Source: the human T2T-CHM13v2.0 reference genome, Homo sapiens
NCBI RefSeq assembly: GCF_009914755.1
Contig: NC_060932.1
Length of the DNA stretch: 64,000 nucleotides
Reading direction: 5' to 3' (one strand)
Both the position numbers and the translations under genes were made by a program. The notes beneath the pieces were generated by a model. It was not told where the DNA came from. It worked only from the letters and a program-made list of their open reading frames with translations, and searched no databases. Positions 46,882-59,907 of this stretch are shown piece after piece (position 1 is the first letter of the stretch; the number at the start of each line of letters is the position of its first letter).

Positions 46882-49800
46882 AAACACCCATGCCCTTCTG
46901 TGAGCAGCAGGACCCCCTGCCATGTGCCCAAACCTGTTTTCCAAGGCTCCCCACACTTCCCTGTCCTTCCTCTCTGCACGCTCTGCTCCACTCACTGACC
47001 TGCTGTTCCTCTAGCCTCAGGGCTCTTGCACAAGCTATTCCTTCTGGGAATGTCTAGGAATTCTCTTCCCCTCCCATGTGCACACAGCTGGTCCACACAG
47101 ACGAGTCTTTGCCTTCTGATCTCTTTGGTTGTGTGCCTTTCCCTAAGAACTTCCTTGGCCCTTCAAGGACATGACTTCCGCTCCTTAATTTCCCCTCAGC
47201 TTTGTCTACACATTCCTATCGTGCATACCATATAATAACCCATCAACTTTATGCATTTCTTCACATTTCGACAGCTCTGGAATCAGAATGCTCTAATAAT
47301 CCATAGCATTTTAGCTAATGTGTTATTATTTATTGTTTTTCTTTCTTTGTTGCACCTTAAAAGATAACATCTTAGCTTTAATGAAACAGAGGATTTATCT
47401 TGGTATCAGTCTTTCTCTTTGAGAGAGGATTATTGTCATTTTGTCTTCTGTTTTATTCCTAACAGTCAATGTAAAGCTTGATAATCAATGAATCAGTACT
47501 AATCATAGAAGACAGGTTTTTGAGCAATGGTCCTCTCATCTTAGGAAGCTTTATCAAGGGGAAAGAGAACTGAATTACAGTGACAACCAGAAGGCCTTTC
47601 AGTGTTCTAGATGAAAACTTATTAAGGCTCATGTCCAACTTATGTGGAAGAAATGATAAAAGGGAGGGAACACATATTTGAAAAAGTAGAATCAACTGTA
47701 CCTTGCTCCTCCAGGTGCCAAGGAAATGAGGCAATGCAAGATCCCAAAGATGGCTGAGATTTAAGCTGGGGGAAGATAACGACTTTCCTTCAGGAGCTGG
47801 GGGATTGTAGAAGGAGAATATTTTTTGAGAAGAAAGACAAATATGTTGATTTTAGTTAAAATTGATTTAATTTCCTAGCTAAATACTGTATTTAAGATAG
47901 TAACACTCAAAGGATGGAGTGTAAGCTTTGTAATAAAAATACACACGGGGAAAATCAGACTGTAGTTGGCAATTTACAACAAAGTGTCAAAAATGAAAAA
48001 GTGATACTACAAGCTTAGTCAGGGATGTGTGGGTTGCAAAGAATGGAAATGCACCTGAGCTAGTCTGGGTGGAAAAGAAATTTGTTAAAGGACAGAAGGA
48101 TGCCCAATAGAAAAGAAAGGCCATCAAAGCTTTTGGAAAGGAAATCAGTGGAGTGGCACTAAAGACTGTGGATTTAGAAACCAGAATGCCCCTGTCCAGC
48201 TACCTGTACTGCCTGGCTCCTGCCTCCTGCTTCTCTCAATTCATGTCAGTTCCACCCCATGCACTCCCTACCACATTTCTCTCTCTCCTTGAGCTGTTTT
48301 CAACCAATTGCACTCTGCATCTTGGGTTAAGTAACAATTTAACACACCCCAGTTGCTCCCTTTTACTCTCAATTATACATTTGTTGGAGAGAGAATTGAG
48401 TTGGGCCATGGGTAATCAGGTGTTCATCTTGGCCATCAGCTTTAGCAGCAAGAGTGGGTTCAAGCAGTGCATCACGATGGGGGAGGCAGGTCCTTCTCCC
48501 AGAGTGCATGCACCACCACACCCTAGGAACCCATATTGGTGTGTGTGCATCACAGCCACACATGCTTGATAGTAAAATTCAAACACTGCATTTGCTGTGA
48601 GTCTCTTCCATGCCTGGCCGTCCGTCCACTTAGGGAGACAGAGCCCAGGCCCTGGTTCCTGTGCTCACACCTTGCACTGCGTACAGAGGGACACCTTGTT
48701 CTGCACTTTGAGACTGATCTGTCTACAGTTTTTGGAAATATGTTCATAGCAGTAGATATAGTACCCACAGAACTTTCCTTTTTCATAGCTGCAGAGAATT
48801 CAGTTTTCTGTTGTTTTCACTATTTATTGATTTATTTTGCTGCATGCATGTGATTACATTAGTCCTGTAATTTTCTGGACTTAGAACTGCTGTAGAAAAG
48901 AGGATATGCATTTAAGTATTCTGTGGTTATCATGCTACCCTCCTAAGGGTATGTGCATGAGATAATGTATTCTGTCTACCTTGTTAATATTCTGTAATAT
49001 CAAACTTTTAGAGCTTTGCTAATATAGATTTTAAAAACTGATTTAAAAGAGCTAAATGTTTTTAATGAGAAATGAGCTTATTTCGTTTTTAAACACTGCT
49101 ATCCTTTTGTTAGTAATGATTGAATGAACTATTTCCTTAGCATACAGAATATAATGTCATAAATATTATAAATATAAACACATAGTAAGTTAGCTAAAAT
49201 TATTTGTAATTGATATTCTTTATGTGATACAGAAATTTATTTTTACAGTTGTGTTCAATTTATCAAAATTTTATTTTATGAGCTCTGGATTTTATGTTTT
49301 TCTTAGAAAAGACTACAATATAATCAATGCTTATATTGAGATTATTTAATATTATAAATGTTTAAAGTGTTATAGCCTATATGCACTAATATTTAAATTA
49401 CCCAAGTTACTAAAAGTTTCCACCCAATAAAACATTTAATTCTTTTAAAATATAAATTTGAATTAACATTAGCAGCCTAGCTATAGGAAACTAGTTAATT
49501 AAGTACAAAAAAATCTCCCAAATTGTTCACCTTCTCAAAAGTTTGACGAAATATTTAATTATTTCAAAGGTCTTAGTCTCTTTAAATATTTTTTTAAGAC
49601 TGTGTGATCTAATACTCACCCCTCCCATCTCCTCTCTCCTATTCTCCCTCCTTCCTTTCTTCATATTTATCTTTGCTAGGCATAGACATAAAAAACGTAT
49701 TTTTATTGATAATATTCTTATCAATAAGGATAAGAAAAGGATAAGGATAATGAAAAGGAAAAGGCTATTCATTTTCATCTATTTTCTCACACTCATTTCT

Positions 49801-50442
49801 CCTCAATTTAATAAAATCTTCAAGCAGTGACTTGTTTTTAATTGAGCATTTCAAAGACTATATCTGGAAAGTTTAAATGTTGACAATGGAACATAAAGAC
49901 TTAAACATATTTTATAAAATGTGTGCTATTCAAATTAAGTAGCTTATAGTGAAATTCAACACGTGAAATTCAACACATTATAATATGCCACAAATTGCTA
50001 AAATCAAGTAATTATTCATTTCACAATTAACTGGGAATGCCATAATTTAATATAAACTGGTTTAAACACATACAGAGTCCATTTAGGATGATTTAAGGAT
50101 ATATAATATCTCCCAGGGAGCATTAAATCTTTTGACTTAAGATTTGAATAGCTTTTTGTCTCTTCTGTGTCAGATAAATGCTTTTCTGTTGAAAGTTTTT
50201 TTTTAAATTTAGATATAAGCTTTGTTTAATAAATCACTTTCAGTTTTCAGGAAATAAAACCAAGAAAAATAAATGTTTTTATTGTTAGTTACAAAGGCTA
50301 TCATAGAACTATTTTTTGTTTAAATGTTCCACTGAGGTTTTGTGTATTTATTTACTTATTCTAACAAAAAGATTATAGGTACCTAATGTTTGAAGTATTT
50401 TGGGGGAGGAAATTCTTTTACATTTTTTTCTTCTTGTAGCAA

Positions 50443-51230
50443 TGAGTGGTGAAGCTGCTGGGCTTCTGGGTCGGGTGGGGACTTGGAGAACTTTTCTGTC
50501 TAGCTAAAGGATTGTAAACACAACAATCAGCGCCCTGTGTCTAGCTAAAGGTTTGTAAACGCACCAATCAGCATGCTGTAAAAATGCACCAGTCAGTACT
50601 CTGTAAATTGGACCAATCAGCGCTCTGTAAAATGGACCAATCAGCAGGATGTGGGTGGGGCCAAGTAAGGGAATAAAAGCTTGCCCCCTGAGTTCGCAGT
50701 GGGAACCCAGTTGGGTCGGCTTCCATGCTCTGGGAGATTTGTTTTTTCGCTCTTCATGATGAATCTTGCTGCTGCTTACTCTTTGGGTCTGCACTACCTT
50801 TATGAGCTGTAACACTCACTGCGAGGATTTGCGGCTTCACTCCTGAAGTCAGGGAGATCACAAACCTACTGGGAGGAACAGGCAACTGGACGCATGCTGC
50901 CTTTAAGAGCTGTAACACTCACTGCGAGGGTCTGTGGCTTCATTCGTGAAATCAGCAAGACTACGAACCCACAGGGAGGAACAAACAACTCTGGACGCGC
51001 CACCTTTAAGAGCTGAACACTCACTGCGAAGGTCTGCTGCTTCACTCCTGAAGTCAGTGAGACCATGAATCCACTGGAAGGAAGAAACTCCGGACACATC
51101 TGAACATCTGAAGGAACAAACTCCGCACACACCATCTTTATGAACGTAACACTCACTGCGAGTGTCCGTGGCTTCATTCTTGAAGTCAGTGAGACCAAGA
51201 ATCCACCGGAAGGAACCAATTCCAGACACA
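50443..51230 (+). mobile_element. LTR12 (ERV9) solo LTR
   Basis: TG...CA ends, TSD gcaa (50439-50442 / 51231-51234), repeated ccaatcagc units, AATAAA promoter box near 50672, and gtaacactcactgcga repeats. Confidence 0.93.
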
Positions 51231-51835
51231 GCAAGAAATTTGAGTTATTTAATTCCTCAGAGAAATGATTATGACTATCAACGAAAAGTGAGTGGAGACT
51301 CAGCCAAACATTGTGTGTAATAAATCACCTAGGCTCTAAACTACTTCTCACAGCATAAGTCAGTATCCCCCCACATTCCCCGCCCCACTGGGTGTTGAAA
51401 TACATTTTCACAGCTTCCTTTCAGTACACACCCAGAATCTTACCGTAGAGGTGGAGAGGGTGCATTTTGCATAAGCATACACTTGCTGTGAAGCACATTG
51501 GGGTTTGAGAGCCAGCGTTTCAGATTCATGATCGCTGGAACGTCACATTCACATGGAGGGCAACTGCAAAGTGGCCCACTGCATGCAGAAAGGAAGGATG
51601 GGTTTCTACATTTATGTCCATTTTTGCATTACTATTTTAAGGTTTTGGTTTTGCATACATTTAATAATGCATACAATAGACTTGAGCAAGTACATTTATG
51701 AAGAATTTGATATATATTTGAAGTGTGCACTCAACACATTTTCAGAGTTCACTTTAGAGATCACTGAAGATTAATTTTAGTGTGATCCCAGCTTAAATTA
51801 TTGGAGATTTAGATTGGAAGTAACTGGATAATTAC

Positions 51836-52587
51836 CTTACAGTAATAGCTCATTTTGCATACACAGTCTAAATAAAAGCAGTAAACATTGAATTCTGTTT
51901 CATCCTGGGGTTAAAGTAGTAAGATCACTCACTAGATTACCTCTGGGTAACTTCAATTTTCTTTGAAGTTTTAGTGCAATGTTGTAACTACTGGATCCAA
52001 AGAGCAAAATTTTTAAAGATACTGTACCTCCTTTTCAATGGAACCTGAATATCTCTGCATGGGAGCTTTGTAACTTGGATACAGTCATCTCCAGGGGTTA
52101 TTGGTGATAACTTGGGTTTCTGATTTAGAAATTATCAATGGCAGTGTTATCAACCTGCTCTCCTTTCATGAAGGAATCTAAAAATATAAAACAGCCACAG
52201 AAATGACAATATACTTGGAAACCTTGTGCAACTAGGAAACTCTCACAATGCTATAAAATTTAGGGGTAGACAAACTTAACTGCTGCTTGATCAGAAGTCA
52301 TTAACCAGCTATTTGTTGAACAATGACTTTTAAACCAGAATGACACAAATTCCCTTTCATTCTATCCTTAGGGGTGTTCTGTCAGCTCCAGAGCTTCCCG
52401 TTTTGCATACACGGGGAGACTTTCTCTAGCTTCTGTCCTTCCTGTTTTGTGATTTGTACATGGATGAAGATCTCTCTCGATCATGCTCTGGCAAAGCATC
52501 CTTACCTTGTTAAGAGTGTATGTAGAATCCTTTTCATAGTTTAAATCGGATTTCTGCAGCAATAGGCAGCCTGGCTCAGCAGAGAGC
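51836..52587 (-). pseudogene. Cluster of three candidate exons (52506-52587, 52028-52177, 51836/51841-51867)
   Basis: ctccaatctctccag|...AAG|gtaagg; ttttatatttttag|...GAG|gtacag; cttttatttag|...AAG|gtaatt. One chain reads LSAEPGCLLLQKSDLNYEKDSTYTLNK-IPS*KESRL...PWR*LYPS...EKE-TVYAK*AITV. Confidence 0.55.
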
Positions 52588-53249
52588 CTGGAGAGATTGG
52601 AGTTACGAGGTATTCATTTAAGTCTTATCTATACTATGCTGATGTCTGTTATTTGTTGTGATAAGTCCTCGCAGTGTGACCAGCTTTCAGAAAATGATGC
52701 ACTCTTGCTAAAAGGCACCTTTGAGCAACATTGTTGAGCTGTATATTTGTGCAACCCTAGTGGGAGGTAATCTGGCAATATATATCACAATTGCAAATAC
52801 ATATTCGTTTTATCTAAGGAGTAATGTTTGCTGGTTCTGTGGTGTACATACGCCCACCAGGGATGGCTTCAGGCTTCCCACAGGACAACATTAATGGCGT
52901 AGCTGGGAGGAGATGGTTCAGAGGACACGTCTCACTCTGGGTCTTTGAGCTCAGCTCCCCTTTCTGGAAAAGGCAACGTTAGGGTAAGGTGATTCCCCAG
53001 TTTCTTTTCACCATCAGCACGTCTCCCCAAGTTTGGGAATAATATTCAAAATATTTGGCAACTCTTGTGGCACAGGTATTGGCCAATCAGAATGGTCCCT
53101 GGTTATAAATTCCTGGGCTCCTTGTGGAGGGCCCTGCTGAAGGTCAGCCCCACCAGCCCCTATGGAGGGCCCACTGCACTGTGGTTGGTGTCTCAGGTAT
53201 CTTTCCTGGAATAGTTTGGGGCATATACTAATACTAAAATACTAACATA

Positions 53250-54390
53250 TTATTTTCCTTTGATTGTTTCAACAGATGATGGCATATTACACACCCTCTA
53301 CAAGATCCTGGTTTTTATCTACTTAATATATTTTGCCTGCCATTCTGTTGTTCCACATGAGTGCCAACATATGTTCCTTTCTTTATTTATTGTCTTACCT
53401 TTATTTATTTATAGTTACACAGTATTTTCAGTATTCTCTGGCTTGATCATAATTTATTTAAACAATGCGGTATTGATGAACACAAGTAGATTTCAATTTG
53501 CTACGTATTTGAAGTGCTGAAGTGAAGACATTTGGACATATATTGATTCATATTTGTGATGAATAATCAAAAGACGTATGTGGGTTAAATACCCAGAAGT
53601 AGGATTACTGGGGCAAAAGGAATATTCATTTGCAATTAGGATATATATTGCCAGACTTCCTTCCACAAGGGTTGCAAAAATATCTGGCCCACCAATGATG
53701 ATCAAACATGCGTCTTACCAACAGAGTACATCATCAGACTTTAGACTGCAAATTTGGTGAATCAGAGACAGTATCTCAGTGTGGCATTAGCTAGAAATAC
53801 ACTAGTTGAGATTGAAACTTCTTTTGTTTAAGACACATTTGCGTTTCCTGCTCTCTGAACTCTGTTTTCATCTCCTTTTTTTTTTTAAATTCTTTCTGCT
53901 GAATTCTTGATCGTTTTCTAACTAAACTGCTATATATTGAGGATGTTAGTATTTTGTGATTGAATTGCAAATATATTTTTCCTAGCTTGTCGTGTGCCTT
54001 TTTTTTTTTTTTTTTTTTTGATGGAGTCTCACTCTAAAGCCCAAGCTGGAGTGCAGTGTCGCAAAGTTTGTTTTTTTTTTTTTTTTTTTTTTTTTTTTTG
54101 AGACAGGGTTTTGTTCTATCACCGGGGCTGGAGTGCAGTGGCATGATCTCAGGTAACTACAGCTTTGACCTGCCTGGGCTCAAGTGATCTTCCCACTTCA
54201 GCCTCCTGAGGAGCTGGGACTACAGATGTGAGCCACTGTGCCTGACATCTTTTGTTTGTCTTTGGTGTTTTATGCTGTGCAAAGTTATGATTTGATTTAG
54301 TACAGTTTATCAATGTTTTTCCTTTTATGGCTTTGCATTTTGAGGCAGCGTTAGAAAGATCTTTCCCACTCTGAGGTTATAAATAATTCT
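53250..54390 (-). mobile_element. Old L1M(E) fragment with two partial Alus (53999-54062, 54066-54243)
   Basis: acccagaagtaggattactgg L1 signature; T-runs followed by Alu 3' sequence. Confidence 0.7.
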
Positions 54391-54439
54391 CTTTCTTTAC
54401 AGAATGATTATTGTCCCAGGACTATATATTTCTCTCCAG

Positions 54440-54544
54440 GTCTGTGAGACTGGCTGGACATTTAGATCTATTGTATGGCATTGTTATTTGTGAAAGCCTG
54501 GGAGAAGAGGAGGCTGCAAATCATAAGTCCAAATTACAAATACG
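54440..54544 (+). other. Candidate plus-strand exon, 105 nt
   Basis: tttctctccag|GTCTGT...ATACG|gtaagt; alternative acceptor ctctttctttacag| at 54403. Confidence 0.35.
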
Positions 54545-55184
54545 GTAAGTAGAATGAATGTATGTGGCAGTAGATAATGGTAATGTTAGTAATAACCCAA
54601 GCCTAAAAGTCAAAAAATTATGTGTGTGATTGTTCTTATTCTATGCCAGATAATGCCCTGAACACTTTACATGGCTCATCTAATTAAATTCTCAAGTAGC
54701 CTCATTGTTATTACTCTTTACAAATGAGAACAATGAGGATTAGACAGGCTAAGTCTAAGATCACATCGCTGTTAAGTGTTGACCTTGAGCAAGATCCAGG
54801 TCTGCCTGGCTTCAGCAGCATTACTCCTGGCTGGGCTCCCACAGTCCCATGGAACAGTGAAGCTTCTTCCCTATCTGACTGGTCCTGTGAGGTCTGGGGA
54901 TTCCCAGGAGAGGCAGAATGTGCAGCAGGCAGGGCTGGTTGTAGGGAGTGGGGTGAAGGTGCAAGATGCTACCCATTGTAGAGAGAAAGAGAAAATTGGG
55001 AGATTGTGGAAGTTTGGCGAGACACTTGATCTCTGGACAATGTGTAGAACAGCTTCTGCATTTTGGAGATAGGATACTGATACTGGAGATAGGACACTGA
55101 TACTGGAGATAGGAGAAAGTGTTTTAGGTTTATGTCAACTAGCTATGGGAACATGGAATGAGAGTTCTAAATTTTTCTTTCTCC

Positions 55185-55245
55185 CCTCCCTACTTCCCTC
55201 CCTTCCTTCCTTCCTTCCTTCCTTCCTTCCTTCCTTCCTTCCTTC
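55185..55245. repeat. (CCTT)n microsatellite
   Basis: Directly visible. Confidence 0.95.
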
Positions 55246-55413
55246 TCTCCTAAATGGTATCCTATGAATATATTTTATTCCCAGAGACAATTCAACAACA
55301 CTGGATAAAATATCAATTCCAATTGAGAATTCTAAAAAGTTAAGTAAAGATCAAAAATAGAGAGCGAGAGCGAGCCTATTTGCACATAAAAGTGCCAAGT
55401 GCAAGTTGCTTAC

Positions 55414-56997
55414 TTGCAATCACAACCACAAAGGCCCCACAAGCCAAGAGCTAATTATATCAATTATTAAGATGAGCCAAGGTCTTGTAAAGAATTAAGT
55501 TAGGAATAGGGGTGCTCCCCTCTGACTATGAGGCTGATCTGTATGGAGTGCTATTGTTCACCTTTATAAGGTATCCAAAGCTCAATCCCTATCAAAACAG
55601 TTTCTTTAAGAGTGATAGGGTATATAGACAAGATATTCAACATTGTTAAATACTTGAAAACCACAGATGGTCCTCAACTTACAATGGGGAGCCAAAAATT
55701 TCTGTGTCTCAGTTGAGACCATCTACGTTAGCTACAATAGTGCAAGATTGATGGACATTCAATAGAAACTGTACTACAAGTATGCATTATTTGAATGCAT
55801 AAGAACCATTCTATTTTTCACTTTAAGTACAGTATTCAATAAGTTACATGAGATATTCAGCACTTTATTATAAAATAGGTTTGTATTAGATAATTTTGCC
55901 CACCTGTAGGCTAATGTAAGTGTTTTGAGCACGTTTAAAATAGGTGAGGCTAAGCTATGATGTTCAGTAGGTTAGATGTATTAAATCAGTTTTGACTTAT
56001 GATATTTTCCATTTATAATGGTCTTGTCAGGATGTACTGCCATTATAAGTTGAGAAACATCTGTATGTGTTTCCATCCTGCTATGTATGTAACTGAACCA
56101 ATCAGGAATAAATATTAATGATAAGGAACAAGAATTCAGTTACATGTTTTTGTTCATTCTAAAGAGCATTACAATGCCAAATTTCCATATATGATGATGG
56201 ATATGTGTAAATTCATGTCCAACATTCTCAATTGTAAATAAAAGTATATTTTGTGTTTAAAATCTTTGATAGAGAGTTATTTCTTAATTATGAAAATTGG
56301 GGAGAAATATCAAAGAAAACAATAGACCCTAAGTGACAGCATATGTTAAAGAAAGAAGCAAAACCATGGGATCAGATGCAGTCATTGATTATACTAATAC
56401 ACAATTTTAGTTTAATGCCCTAAGGTCTGCTGAAAATTAACCAACTCTGTCCATTTTAGTGATAACTATATCTCTTTAAGTATGACATAGAGCAGGGTGG
56501 TAAACAGAAAGGAAGTATAAGGAAGGTTCAAGATGAAGGCAGCCTATGAAAACCTAGGTACAATTAATACATTTAAAAACCTCGTTCTCAACATCACTTT
56601 AATTCCCCCTTCTTTGCAGTTAAACCCTTACTTTTAAAATAATATTATAAAGGTCTCAACTCAGTTGAAGTTGGTTGAAATACACTGAAATAACACTGGA
56701 TTTTTTCTGTACTGTTTAGTGAGTTCAATAAAATCTAACTCTGTAACAGACTGCAAAGGAACATTTTATCCCTGGAAAATAAATTATTAAAACATTGACA
56801 AAGTTGATTTGGAATAAAAACTATCAGAGGAAACAGCCCTGAATAGCTTTTCCTAAAGTTCCATGGATTTTTATGAACACTAAAGGCAAAGTACTCAATG
56901 GTAGTTTTTTTTTAAGCAGTTAACTATAAAAGGCCTTTACCCTTTTTATCTAAACATTGTATGCACATGTGACTCTTTTGGATTGAGAATACGTTGT
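55414..56997 (-). pseudogene. Cluster of four candidate exons (56941-56997, 56632-56771, 56144-56231, 55414-55483)
   Basis: Donors gtaaag, gtaagg, gtaact, gtaagc. Acceptors tatttggcag, tttattttccag, ttttatttacaa (dead) and ttctttacaag. Phases chain 0-0-2-0-1 but with several stops. Confidence 0.45.
55664..56063 (-). mobile_element. TcMar-Tigger MITE (MER47-like)
   Basis: TIRs cagatggtcctcaacttacaatg / cattataagttgagaaacatctg, followed by TA. Confidence 0.8.
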
Positions 56998-57009
56998 CTG
57001 CCAAATAAC

Positions 57010-58490
57010 ATTGATTTATGATTATTGTTTATGTGCTTATACTTTTTAATCATGTGAGAAATAAAAAGTATATTTACAAACCAAAAAATGCAATAATGCT
57101 GCCTTTTGTGTTTACCTATGCAGTTCCTTTTACCAGAAATCTTTATATCTTTGTTCTTTGGGTCACTGTCAATTGTTTTTATATTTCTGAAGGACTCACT
57201 TTAGCATTTCTTGTAGGGAAGGTCTATTGGCAAATAAATCACTCAGCTTTTGTTTATCTGGGGTTGTCTTAATTTTACCTCTATTTTTGAAGGATAGTTT
57301 CATCAGATAAAGAACTCATGATTGACAGTTTCTTCTTTTGGCACTCTTAACATGTCATCTTACTACCTTCTAGCTGCCATGGTTTGTGTTGAGAAATTTG
57401 TTGTTGCTGTTACTGGGAATACTTTGTACATGAAGGACTGATTTTCTCTTGCTGCTTTCAAAATTCTTTTTGTCTTTGGCTCTTTGCAGCTTGATTACAA
57501 TGTGTCTTAACTTTATTTTGTGAATTATATATTGTGAATATATTATAGTGTGACTCTCTTGGTTTTATGATAGTTGGAGTTTGATGAGCTTATGTTTTTC
57601 ACGAAATTTGTGAGGAACTGGTTATTATTTCCTCAAATATTTTTTCTGTTCTTTTCTCTCTTTCTTATTCTTCTAAGACTCCAATAATGCATATGTCAAT
57701 TTGCTTGATAATGTCCCTCAGATCACTTAGGCTGTGTTCACTTTTCTTTATTCTTTATGCTCTTTACACTGGATAATTTCAATTGTTCTATATTCAATTG
57801 CTTATTCTTTCTTCTGTTTGCTCAATTCTGTGGTTGAAGCCTTCTAGTAATTTTAAAATTTTAGTTATTGCATACTTCAGCTCCAGGTTCCCTTTACTAA
57901 TTTCTGCCTCTTTACTGATAGACTTCTTTTGACCATAAATTATTTTCTTGATTCCCTTTAGCTCTTTGAGAATATTTAAGGAAATCAATTTGTAGTCTTT
58001 GCCTAGTAAGTCTGATATCTGTGCTTCCTCAATGATATTTTCCATCAATTTATTTATTTATTGGAAATTGGTCAAAATTTCCTGTTTTTTGAATGCCTTC
58101 TGATCTTTTGTTGATATCCAGAGAGTTGAATATTATAATGTGGTAACTGATAATTATATTTTTCCTTTTATCCAGAGTTTCTGTTTTTTTATTGTAGATT
58201 TCTGCAGTTGTCTATTTGTTTAATCACTTTCTCCAAACTATTTTTTCAAAAACTGTATTCCTTGTCATGTGTGGTTACATAAAGTCTCTGTTTCTTAGCT
58301 TGCTTTTAGCTAGTGTTTTGACAGAAATTTTTATTCTTGAGTTCCTTTTTTATTACACTTTTTTTTAGTGGCCATTAAAGTTTGACTATTATCCAGGGCT
58401 CTGACAAAGTTGTTTTGGCAATTTCTGCTTTTAAAAAAAAGTTTCTATGATGGATGTGAATTTGAAGTTGCATACTTTGCCATTTTGCTC
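57010..58490 (-). mobile_element. Old L1M (ORF1 region)
   Basis: ORF 57794..58048 is ORF1-like (LLEGFNHRIEQTEERISN). Confidence 0.75.
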
Positions 58491-58593
58491 TATTAGTAAA
58501 GTATCTTAATCAAAGAGGAACTGACCTTAAGTCAGAAGAAGGCACTGGAGAATAATGTTTCTCAGAATTTTAATAAATCTGGCCATTGGTCTC

Positions 58594-58966
58594 TGATATG
58601 GTTTGGCTGTGTCCCCACCCAAATCTCATCTTGAATTTTAACTCCTACAATTCCCACATGTTGTGGGAGGAACCCAGTAGGAGGTGATTGAATTATGGGG
58701 ATGGGCCTTTCCTGCACTGTTCTTGTGCTAGTAAATGAGTCTCACAAGATCTGATAGTTTTAAAAACAGGTGTTTCCCTGCACAAGCTCTCTCTCTCTTT
58801 TTGCCTGCTGCCATCTATGTAAGATGTGACTTGCTCCTCCTTGCCTTCCACCATGACTGTGAGGCGTCCCCAGCCATATGGAACTGTAAGTCCATTAAAC
58901 CTCTTTTTTTCCCCCAGTCTTAGGTATGGTATGTCTTTACCAGCAGCATGAAAATGGATTAATACA
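58594..58966 (+). mobile_element. THE1 (MaLR) solo LTR
   Basis: tgatatggtttggctgtgtccccacccaaatctc...taataca; TSD gtctc/gtctg. Confidence 0.9.
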
Positions 58967-59347
58967 GTCTGTTACAATATGGAACCCTAATGTACATTCT
59001 TAAGAGAGCATACTTCTAAAATTCACCAGTCAAAATGCTCCAGGATCATTTAGAAGATTTTACATGAGGTGTAGTATAGTTAAGAAAGTAGCAGATAGAC
59101 AGTAACTGGACCTCTGCTTGTGTCACCCTGGGCATGCTACTTCTCTGGGCCTTGGTATTCTCATCTGTAAATAAGAAATTAAGACAATAGGAGAATTCAT
59201 TTTGATCTTTTAATCTATAATTATATTTCTGGGTTCCAGAATCTAATTCAATATACAACTTTTCAGCCTGCCTTAAAATGGACCTGAAGTCACTTGTCAG
59301 TTATTTAGACATCAATAAATGAAATTTACTGAATAGCATATAATACA

Positions 59348-59907
59348 CAGTTTGTTCTTATTATGTATGTTAGCTATGATCTGTTAAGTCTCCAAAAATA
59401 CTGAATTACTGAATAGTGAATCATCATTTCTAGTGGAAATACCCTCTAAACCATTGTTTCAGAGGGTCAGGCTCCTCTCAGCCTCTGGCCATAATTTCAA
59501 CTGATCAATACATAAAATTGTTTTATTTGTGTTTTGGTTGAAAGATGCTGTATTTAATATATATTGTTAATTCATTGACATTGAACTAACAGCCAGCAGC
59601 ACTATAACTCGTGTCTGAATGAAGCCTATCTAGCATACATATTTTTCCCATAAGTCACATCACCACCTTCTTGCATTTAACAACACTAGCCAGCACTTCA
59701 GCACTATGGTTGGTGTCATTTTAAACAGGAAAATTACCAAAATAAAAAACAAAAATGCAAAAGCAACAACAAAAAACAATCTAAAGCATGGCACTTAGTA
59801 AATTATAGACAGGACATTTTCACTAACCACTGCAACTATTGACTGGGGGGTTACAAATAAATTTTAGTGAACAAGTTCATTCATGAATATGAAATGCATG
59901 AATAACA
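59348..59907 (+). mobile_element. MER82-like Tigger element
   Basis: Recalled motifs cagcactataactc, cacatcac...ttcttgc and cactagccagcacttcagcacta. Confidence 0.65.

Noticed and set aside
51836-52177. Selenoprotein (multiple in-frame UGA)
   Set aside because: CpG deamination explains TGA more simply, other segments have TAA/TAG stops, and no SECIS was identified.
52506-52587. Cadherin repeat (LNYEKDSTYTL resembles LDYE...YTL)
   Set aside because: The downstream AxDxG and DxNDNxP motifs are absent; too short to assign.
55063-55112. 20-bp tandem duplication (tggagataggaYactgatac)
   Set aside because: Ordinary slippage duplication of 2.5 units; no functional hint.
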